Translations under genes and position numbers: made by a program
Source of the DNA: Ophelia neglecta
Lineage: Eukaryota
NCBI GenBank assembly: GCA_965285935.1
Contig: OZ260662.1
Span: forward strand, 77,252,001-77,316,000
Length of the DNA: 64,000 bases
Direction: 5' to 3'
The notes under the pieces: generated by a model
Database searches by the model: none
Told to the model about the DNA's origin: nothing
What the model saw: only the letters and a program-made list of their open reading frames with translations
Shown: positions 53,741 through 64,000 of the stretch, in pieces
How the letters are laid out: each line of letters begins with the position of its first letter
Position numbering within the stretch: position 1 is the stretch's first letter

Positions 53741-54595
53741 ACATGAATACATTTAATCTTGTACATTTGGATCATGTCAATAAACATGGGCACCAACATA
53801 CATTTTATGATATACTGTCTAACAATCCACACATGATGTTCATCATGTTTAAGGCCAGGAAGTAAGAGCACCACATACATCATACAATTTCACACATTTT
53901 GTATTTACTGTAAATATATTCAAATACAATTTAATTTCAGAACAGAAGTGTACATGTATTCTAGCATTACATTAAACATCCACTTGCAAACTTCATGTCA
54001 CAGTGCAATTTACTGGATGTGTATTGTTTACAGGAGGAGGGCTAAGTGGACAAAATGAGAGGTGGGGACATGAAACATTCTTTGAACTTTGACAAAATAT
54101 GGCATAAATCATTAAGAGATGCATATTTTAACATTAGGGTACTTATTGGTGCATCCATAGTAAAAAACATGAACATGGCAAGCACAGAGAACTATAGGGA
54201 AAAGCCCATGGGGTTTTTAAACTAAATTAACATAAAGTTACAAATGGAAATAAACACTTGATTCGAACTGAATGAAATAAGTTACAAAGTATGCTAGAAT
54301 TGAGTATGCATCACTACACCTTGCAGGCAGATCATGTGTCTGCATTAACCACGACCTGTTAATCTGATCTTTCTACATTCAAATAGAAGATCTGGCTATT
54401 TACTCTGAATAATTGGCATTGATTCAAGTCACATTATTCAAACTGGTTTATTTACTTAATTCAGATACAACTGGGTTTCATTGACTCTAAGGTCATTATA
54501 CCTACAATGTCCAGGTGAGGGCTGTATGCAGAACAGTCTTTCAAGTTTGTCATAAACATTTTAGGAGATAAAAGTCCTTATCTGAAAACAGCAAG

Positions 54596-55121
54596 GGCTA
54601 TATATATGGTCTTATAACCTGTCAACAGCTCAACAGCTTCATACCACTTAAAAGTGCACATCATCACTCAGCATAGCTCATCGCTCACCATACCACTTCA
54701 AAGTGCTCATCACTCATCATACCACTTCAAAGTGCTCATGGCTCAACATCAGCAAAAGGTTGTTGAACCTTCTATAGACATTTAAAACTCTTATGCTAGG
54801 GTTTTCTTTGTTTGTGAGGGTTCAGCAGAATTTACCTGAACATTTCTGACTAACTTTTCACCACTTTAGGCTATATATATGGTCTTATAACCTGTCAACA
54901 GCTCAACAGCTTTATACCACTTAAAAGTGCACATCATCACTCAGCATAGCTCATCGCTCACCATACCACTTCAAAGTGCTCATCACTCATCATACCACTT
55001 CAAAGTGCTCATGGCTCAACATCAGCAAAAGGTTGTTGAACCTTCTATAGACATTTAAAACTCTTATGCTAGGGTTTTCTTTGTTTGTGAGAACATTTCT
55101 AACTAACTTTTCACCACTTTA
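54596..55121. repeat. Recent tandem duplication: 273 bp + 253 bp, each with internal cataccactt(c/a)aaagtgc x3
   Basis: Copy 1 is 54596-54868 and copy 2 is 54869-55121; by eye they differ by two substitutions and one 20-nt indel. Confidence 0.93.
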
Positions 55122-58100
55122 TGGTTCCATTCTCGGAATTATTTTTCTACATATGCCATCTGGCATCTCTCCCTTCTCACCTCAGTCACAGTCAAATGAC
55201 AGTTCAGTGAGTTCAGACTAGGTCACACTGAAATTGACCTTACTTCACATTAAAAGCCTTTTAATATGATGTACCTGGAGGTTCAACATGATAAATTAAA
55301 TACCAAAACACAATGATTTCCAGGGCCCCTTCACATAAAGGTAGAAAATGGAAAAACTGATAAAAGTGGTTGACATAATTACAGGCTTTCAATGCATTTT
55401 TTTTATGTTTATACACATATTTACTGATATTTATTACATACTTGTGATTCTCTCACACACTGAATGTTTAATTATCCTGTTACATGACGATCACACAGTC
55501 TGTCAGCCAGACTCAAAAACTACAACCATAATGGTAAGTCAGACTGCAAACCACAGTGTATAAGTAAGACAAATAGTCCCTTTGAGAAAAGGTGGGTTAT
55601 TCAGTAATATTAGGCTTAAAAGCAGGTGAGTTCTACATACAAGTATGTGCAGCAAGTGAGTGAAGTGACTGCTCAGTTATTTAAAAAAAATAAGATAATA
55701 TATACGCATCTCTTTTCTATAAATCTAACACATGCTTCATTTAAACTTCATTAAAAATCATAAGGTTTTCAAACAATGCATGTTGTTAGTTATTATTAAT
55801 TTATTATAAAGCAATGTTCTTTTCAAACAATCACACATTGGTATTGAGAGTCTATGGGCAGACTATAAAGAATTTTAATAAGCATAATGCACCAGTAGCC
55901 AATATCTAAGTGCTTTACCCTGATTCAGAAATGAGAATTTAGCTATTGGCTCCCAAACATGATGTTATTATTGCCTTCAGAAAAAGCTGAAGAAACACAT
56001 TTGTTGAAGGAAAGTGTGAGATAATGCTGCTCTCTTGGCACCTGGCCTGGGGTTTGCCCAGTTCTCATGTCTTAATTGTTTCTTGAGTTTGATCCAAAAA
56101 GTTAACTTAAACATAGTCTTCTTACTTGGTGAACATAAAGTATGAATACTTAAGATAAATTGTTATAACATGATAACCGTTATATCTAGATACAAGTATT
56201 ACAAATACAAAGGCTACAATCTTGTAGACAGTAGCTATAAAAAGATATCTCTCCATAGTTCAATATATAAGGGTTATCACCACTTCCATCAATAATAATG
56301 TTAACATTATGAGGTAAATGTACATCATCACCGACAATATTAGTTACAAGGAATTCAATTTCTAGGCCCGGAAACTAATTACTCTTATTCGTCTCTTAAA
56401 TTAGGAGACCAGGATAGGTAGATCAGGGATCTAAGAAAAATTCCGACATTCCTTAAAGTTCCGTCTTGTTAGTGCACTGCCTAGCATCAATATTCTGAAT
56501 TTTGCTGCTACTTTAGATGACAGTTTAATCATCTAAAATCACGACTTATCATTACCTGATGATTAAGCATATATAACTTGATATGATATCTGTAGTCTGA
56601 TTCCAGACAACTAATCAAGCTGAGACAGCAAACTGTGCTTTATCCTTTGATATATCAATGCAATCATAAATATCATTTCCGTTGGTAGATATATCTGCCA
56701 AGTGATGGTCAGATGAAGTGCCTCTTCACTCAATAAGCTGATTAACATAAAAGGCAATAAGGTAAGATGCCATATACACTAACCATGCATAATCTTATAT
56801 TATTCTTGTCTGTTTACCCACAGTTATGAAAGAAGATATTTCATATGACACTGATTGATACACTACACATATGTGTAATATACCCAGGTAGGATTTGAGG
56901 TTACATGTCCTGATCATTTCATTTGATCTGTTACATATGTGCAATAAATTTATGACAACTAATTTACAGGTGGAATGGATAGCATTTTACTCTATCTTAC
57001 AAACCTTTTATATTAAATGATGCATTAATTAAAGAATACTATATTTACCATGCATTTATGAAATAGAGGGATGGAATTTCATACCGGTTTGTGATTTTCA
57101 ATCCTTTCTTGACCCCTACTGTATGATTTTGACCCAAATACTCCTTTCAACTCATATGTTACACTTCAAATATGTTTAAATTTGTGGATATTAGTATTGC
57201 TGCTCATTAATATGAGCCATAGAACTCTATACCTAAAATGTTTATTTAATGTAGATGGAACTCCCCTGACTCCCTGACTGCTTACATTCATATACTCTCC
57301 CAATCATTCGGTGGCAACAACTCTCAATGAAAGAGTGGACAAACATGTGAACATCGTTCTTGTCAAAATTACATGTTCACCTGCTATATGAGCAATGATA
57401 TCAATCAAAAAGGAAGTCATGAGAACATTACTTCCTTCTGTCACATTCCTCAATGGCAAAACATTATGAACATGCATTCGTTTAGCAAGTTAATTTCGTG
57501 ACTTCCAGAGAACCATGTTTCACTTGACTAATGTTACTGGCAATACAGGATCCAACACATTTCCCTAATGCATCAAATTTTTCTCTGTAGCAAATGTGTA
57601 ATGTCATCTAAAACTAGGGATATATACTAAATAGTATATACATGTAGTTTATAATTATTATAGAATTTCAAATGACAGATCTTGTGATACAGTTCTAAAG
57701 CCCAAAAGGGTGTATCTGTCACCAGTCACTGGGCCTCATTAATATGCATTACAAATTGTTGATAAATGTTGACAAGGTTTAGTCCTGGTTTTATTTAATA
57801 TCTAAAGGGCAAAACACTGGGTTTAGCACCCTATTCACATTTCTTTGATGTCTATGTTCATATCAGGTGCAATGAAACCTGGGTGACACCCAACTTCACC
57901 AAAAACGCTATTAATTTACTATGCTACAAGTGTTGAAGTCTACATAAAGTAGCATTCTTATTTAACATTACTTTGATTTATTATATCATTTTATGCAAAA
58001 CACAAAACAAGTGGTACATAAAAAGAATAGCCTTGATGGGATACCTCTCACATACTCCTAATATTGATTTATTGATACCAGAAATCATTTTGGCAGCATG

Positions 58101-60380
58101 CCTTATTAAAGGTAGCCATGATACCTAGTACCTACATACTTGTGAATATTACCCAGTAATGTTCTGTTATTAGTACATGCATAACCAATTGTCCATATTT
58201 CAGCTAAGAATTTCAACATTCTTTCTAATTTATCTTAACTATCAGGTATACACATACTTTTTGTATTGCAGAACTGATGTTTTCAGCAAAACAACAAAGG
58301 CTGGTGACTATTGGAAATGTCAACTCTACAACTGATTGTTCTTGAATGTTGAACTTAAGTAATTTATGGTCCCAAGAGGAGAATTCATTACAAGATGAAA
58401 TGACAGACCTAAGATGTCCAATTAGTCGTAGACAAAGAAGTCTGTGGCTAGGATTTGCATCTATCACCTTAAGGAGTGACCACATAACAGATGTATATAA
58501 TTATGTGGTAAGAGGTAACAAGGGTTATCAAACAATCCCCATTAGGAACAAACAATATCTTAGCAGTGTGATATGGTTTAAATGTAGACCGGCCTGAGGA
58601 ACTGTTAGCAAGTATCATTGTGCCCAGTAAATGGCATGCAGATTTCAAGGAGACTTCCTTTGTTGCAACAGTTTGTAAATTAAACTGATCAACTATTCTA
58701 TATATCAAAGCAGCAACTAGATCATTGGTCTGAGGCTCAGGGATCACTGCCCTACTCTTAAACTTAAATACTAGTAAGCTTCTCTGGACATATCTAAGTA
58801 TTTATTTCAATAAATCCATGCCTGCTTGTCTGATTTTTCATGAACAAAAAGTCTGAGAAAGCTATGCTTAGAAATATGTGTCATTGTGGAAAATCTCATA
58901 TAATCTATGAGGATACAATTTTGAGTTTCTTCCTGCCTGTACAAGTAAGTATATACTGCTTGTCAATATTAAGCAGTTTTTATGCCTCACAGTCAGGGCT
59001 GCAATGGCTGGTGATCCCAAAAAGAGGGAGGCAACAAGCAGTCAGAAGACCACAGATGTCAAGAGGACAGGCACGCCTGAGACAAAGCCAGCCCGGGCCT
59101 CCTACTCATTCATCATTCTATTCTCCGCAACTGTCAACTGCCAGGATGCAGTAACTATGTTAGCACAGCTTCATCCAAGCAGCAACAAAGAAAACAAAGC
59201 ACAATATTTTTGTAGAGTCAGAAGATTAGTAAGCGGCCTTTGTAAGCAAAGCTCTCAATCATGAGAAAGTTAGATTAGCCTTGAGTTTCAGACACAAAAT
59301 TGATCTGATCACATACTTTTCAATTTGTTTCAAGGCTGGTCAAGGTCTTGAGTGGTTTCTTACAGGAATACTGATATGAGCCTGACCACAATCTGTTAAA
59401 TCAATGAAAGAAAGAAATATCCACTCAAGCAATACCAGGTAATGTACCTGTACATGTATCATTGGCATTTTTTCAGATTAAGAATTCTTGAGTCCCTCAC
59501 ACTATCACAGAAAAATTTCACAGCTTAAAAAAAAGAACTAAGGATCAAATTACAACAAATCTGGCACAGGAAGCTGAAACAAGTAATGATACAATTTCAA
59601 CACAAAAACCCTTAGAAATACATGTATATACACGCCTATGTCACCCAACTCAGCGATTCACGCATGTTTGTCTACTATATTGACTACTGAATTACTGAGT
59701 AACAAATCATACAACCCATTACCTTCCATCCCTCACACCACAACTCCTCTCTGGTTAACAATCATGCTATCATCGAAAATGTGAAGTAAATGGAAGTGTG
59801 AAGAAAAAGTATAACCACTGATTAGGCGATAAAATTCCCCCCAAACACTGATAGTCATCTAAAATGAAAAATAAAATATACAGTACGGACATGTACCAGG
59901 TACTTAGGTTCTTATCACAATTTTATCCATCTGACCTTGAAAAAATAAGCCTGATTTCTTGATGATTTTTATAAGGATCTGTTATTTACATATGGCAATG
60001 CAATATAACATATTTTTTCTTCAAAAACTCAATCTATCAAATATTTGTTATAAATTTAATGAAAGTAGACACAAAATCCATATACATGTACTAAAGTATC
60101 CAAATGTATAGGTGTATACTAGATTTAACATATTATATTAAAGCCCAAATATGGAACTCGCACACCTGTATTCACTTCATCAACATAGTCTTATAATCAA
60201 GATGTCTCAAAAACCCTGAACTGTACCAGAACTAGCTAGCTTACAGAATTCCAATTAGTTAGTTCATTTAGGTGTTAAGAATTATTAGTAAATGCCAATG
60301 CCTTTTGTGGTATTAAATATAAAATTTATGAATTTTGTTACAAGTATGTGTAATTTCAGCTTAAATCATAAATATACATA

Positions 60381-60562
60381 TACAGTGAAACCTGGAAATT
60401 AGGGACAGGCAAGGGACTGTGGTAAAGTGCCCTGTTTTTTAAGGTGCCCCTAATTTCAAGGTTATTTTACATATAAAACGATATGTTGGGTCCTAATGTA
60501 GCTGTCCCTAATTATCAGGTGCCCCTAATTTCCAGGTGCCCGTTAGACCAGGTTTCACTGTA
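60381..60562. mobile_element. MITE, Tc1/mariner superfamily (pogo/Tigger-like), TA target duplication
   Basis: Perfect 15-bp inverted ends TACAGTGAAACCTGG / CCAGGTTTCACTGTA; internal AATTAGGGACA vs repeated (T/G)CCCTAATT. Confidence 0.9.
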
Positions 60563-61058
60563 GATAGGTTCTACTAGAGAAATACCATTTGAACAACAGT
60601 ACCTGAATGTTATACCAAGGACCTATGCAACTTACTCTTATTCTCTTAACGCAGCAGGTTTTAATAAAAACAGAGATAAATAGAGACAATGGAGCAATAA
60701 AAAATGAGGAGCAATTTACATTAAAAAGTGCTGGGAAAACTTATTGCTACATTTGTTTCTGTAGTGATTGACAGATTTTAAGCTGTAAAGGTCAGTTATG
60801 ATATGTTGGTGGTTCCCATTAATGGTGGTAATTTACTCCAAAGATGATAAGAGCTAAGTTTGTCAATAAAACATCCTTTCTTACAAGCAAATGATGTTCA
60901 AGGGTCAAGTCTAGTATGTTCACCTTAACTAGTCGTCTGCCACTTTGATACACCTATGTTAAATTAACCATAAAGATATGTAGTGCCATAAAAACAACCC
61001 ACAATAGTACTGATGTGTGTGTCCTGGGAAAAACCTGTGAGTTTGTTTTATTTATTAC

Positions 61059-61094
61059 CTTTACAAATTTATCATCTTCTAGTATCTCACATAC
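61059..61094 (-). other. AG|GT junction with downstream donor: recursive-splice site or 36-nt exon (VCEILEDDKFVK)
   Basis: Minus strand: gtctcttgcctctttcAG|GTATGT...TTTGTAAAG|GTAATA; only phase 0 is open. Confidence 0.28.
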
Positions 61095-62626
61095 CTGAAA
61101 GAGGCAAGAGACTGTCTAGCAAGATTGTTGAGTTATAACATGGGAGCCGCTATCAAACACAGTTCTTTAAATTGTATTGTTGTCAATGGTGAGGTAACAA
61201 CCTGGTCATTAATAAAGGTATAAGTACGAGTAATACAATGGTCTACCATGTGTAATTCCATCTAGATCATGATGGATGATGTTGAGAATGGTAGTCAGAA
61301 TGAGATGACTTCAATATACACTGGTACTAAGCTTATTGGAAAATGTCAAATCATACAATAGTTATTTGCAAAGCATGATAAGTACATATATCACATGTAG
61401 TCTCTCAGATAAGAGAATTGGGCAGACAACTTTTTATCTCAGGGCAAGTTCCTGACTGGGTCAATACATATTTGCGGTTTGCCACATACTATAAGTATTT
61501 CCCATGGCTGTGCCTAGGGCCTGTCTATATAATATATTATTAATCCCGGATGGATGAATGAAACCACAAATACTCCCTGAAATGAAGGTTGTATTGAATA
61601 TCACCAGCAGGATGGCTGTGCATTAGGAGTTTAGATTCATCTCCTGGTGAAGATCTTTGATGAGATTGCAGACTACTGGTACATCTGCAGGCATCTTGTC
61701 AAGTTGATTTTGCAAAGCAAAAATAAACCTCATTACTTCCACATTAGGCCAGTCTAGACCTTACAGACAGACCAGTGCCGAAACAATGCACTTTGTACAT
61801 TATTTGCTTACTAGAATAAACAACAGTATTGTACATTAAACATAATATGTAAATGTATACATGTACATGTGCATGTAATGGAGGTTATAATCAATACACA
61901 ATTCATTTTAACTGTTCCCCAAAAATTTCAATAATATATATACACATGTACAAGTAAAAACTAATACAATGCCATGTATATGTACATCTTAGTACTTAAC
62001 ACAAACTACTGACATAAATCACAACAATGAGACACATGACTACAAATGTTTATGTAGAATCCATAAAGAAGTGGCTAAATCATAACTGAAGTATGAACTT
62101 AAGACTTGCTTGAGGGCTTTTAATGTTTAAGAGGGCTTGGGAAATTGCATTTCAAAGAAGGCCTTCTTCTGAACACTTATTTTAACACCATAAGGGCTAC
62201 CTGAAGCTGGACATCTGCACACTACAAGTCATCAGGGCAGCACTGAGAATTGGAGGTACATGACCTCCCAGCATGTGCTGGAGGAGAGGAGACAACTGCC
62301 TGGGACAGAATCCTAAGGGAACAGAAAGCAGATACTCCCTGAGAGTGTACTGGGAGTCTCCACCAGCGGCTATAATGCATATGTACATGTACATCCATCA
62401 GCATGGCTTACAATGCACATTGGCATTTACCAGAGGTGCCTTAAAGTGGACAAGCAGCTTACATGCTCTCCTAATGCTAGCTGCACTTGAATAGATCTAT
62501 ATTATTGACCCTTTCTCATAGTGACTCCAAACATGTACATGTTTAATACTGTCAAGCATTTCAAATGTCTGAATAAATTTTCAATTCTCTCGTGTGTTCG
62601 ATAAAATTACTCAGCTACAAAATTTA

Positions 62627-62720
62627 CATGTAGGTCACAAGGTCAAAGGCTTACAACTGTAACCAAACAGTTATTACTTCCCATGTAGGTCACAAGGTTT
62701 CACAAGACCTACAAGTTAGA
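62627..62720 (+). repeat. Two-copy ~55-bp repeat containing a perfect DR2 (AGGTCA-ca-AGGTCA, 62632-62645)
   Basis: catgtaggtcacaaggt at 62627 and 62682, each later followed by acagt(t/a)attactt. Confidence 0.6.
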
Positions 62721-64000
62721 AACATAGCTACACAGTAATTACTTTTCAAGACAGGTATAGACATTCCAGATATTCACCAGCTAAATACATTTAGTCAGCA
62801 ATGATCAAAAAGCACATGTGCCGCCTGCTGAGCAGTGGCTGAACAGTCTAATACTTTAAATTGAGTAATGTCTTTGTACATGACCGGTGCAATACAGGAG
62901 CCAAATATGCATGTATTGTATTAAATACTATCATTACTCCTGCCTACATACCTGTTTGTTAAATCAGAAGATCAAGTACATTATATAAACACATGATTGA
63001 ACCTAACATTATTCATTGATAGATATTTTAATCAAAGGCAAGAGACAAAACCTACTAAACTGGACCAATCTGCTGTCTTTATGTTGATAATTATGCCACA
63101 ACTTCTTTAATCTGGATCACATAACGGCATAATACCTTGTTGTGCAACTTGTACTTAACCTAACAAAGTATGGTATTAAATTTGGATAAGTTACCCATAA
63201 TGAAACTAAATAGGAACTTAACCCATGTAAGCAATAGTGGTTATGGCCATTCACTTTTAGTCCTTAATAATAAACAGCATATTATGTTAGACCAACCACA
63301 CTGAAGATTCAAATAAATTCCACATCAATAGAGAACAAACGCATTTGTTATGCATTAATACAGCTCCAATCATAGGGTAGGAAAGCAAGAAGAATTGTTT
63401 ATATTCCTGTATAAACATGATTATATTGTTCATAACTGAAAAATCCATATGCAAGGAAGCAGTGATGACGGTTATAATCTCAAACTTGCTATAACATTCA
63501 GTTGTGCTTTATGCCCCACTAGTAATTTTCATATGATAGGTACCAGCTGCAAGACAGTGATGAAACAAACCTGTCACCCACTCACCCTAGTGACTACATG
63601 TATCATTTGGGTATGTCTAGAACATATTTTACATTTGTTATCTGTCCATGGACACACAACATGTAGATCTATTAAACTATATCATTATCCATTCACATCT
63701 CTTAAGAAATACATTTTTGCTAATGAAATCCTATAAAATGAAAATATACACAAGTATTTACATCCTTCTTTATTACCCAAGCATCGGAGTGGGTTGCAAG
63801 TATGATTTATTAACAGGAAGGCTGCTAACTTGTAAATGATTTAAGGAATGTCTTTATAAAACATCTAGTATGTAGATAAGACAAAGTATAAAATATGCCT
63901 TTATAATCTAATAATGATGTGAAGACTGATATTTTCTGGTAGTGACGCCTTATGAAATGTCCGACAGGTGCCATCCTGCGTCAGTTTACACACTACGGAT

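Larger units (their letters stand above)
1..64000 (-). other. Predominantly non-coding animal DNA, probably long introns of one large minus-strand gene
   Basis: Seen: longest ORF is 167 aa and none has a recognisable domain; strong CpG depletion; + strand A/C-skewed by eye (not counted); the best paired splice signals lie on the minus strand. Inference: intronic, gene-body methylated. Confidence 0.55.

Noticed and set aside
59004-59264. + strand ORF MAGDPKKRE... after a possible acceptor
   Set aside because: No recognisable homology, no convincing donor, and opposite to the inferred transcription skew.

Overview
Animal genomic DNA that is AT-rich, strongly CpG-depleted and rich in the palindrome TACATGTA. 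That signature suggests a mollusc or other marine invertebrate, but the taxon is an inference. None of the supplied ORFs resembles a protein family I recognise, and I see no rRNA, tRNA, CRISPR or operon-like content. By eye the + strand is A>T and C>G, which fits long introns of one large, gene-body-methylated gene transcribed on the minus strand. Well-supported features: two ~182-bp TA-flanked pogo/Tigger-type MITEs (53027-53209, 60381-60562), a near-identical 273-bp tandem duplication (54596-55121), 48-bp and 17-bp minisatellites, an old ~70-bp array, microsatellites and a few LINE-like 3' tails. Tentative: small minus-strand exon candidates (best 20891-20832 and 4466-4411) that join in frame, several possible alternative first exons (two giving MGGxxSS[K/R]K myristoylation-like starts), AG|GT recursive-splice-like sites, and perfect DR4/DR2 nuclear-receptor elements. 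I could not identify the host gene and found no convincing novel system; all exon and splicing ideas need RNA-seq.
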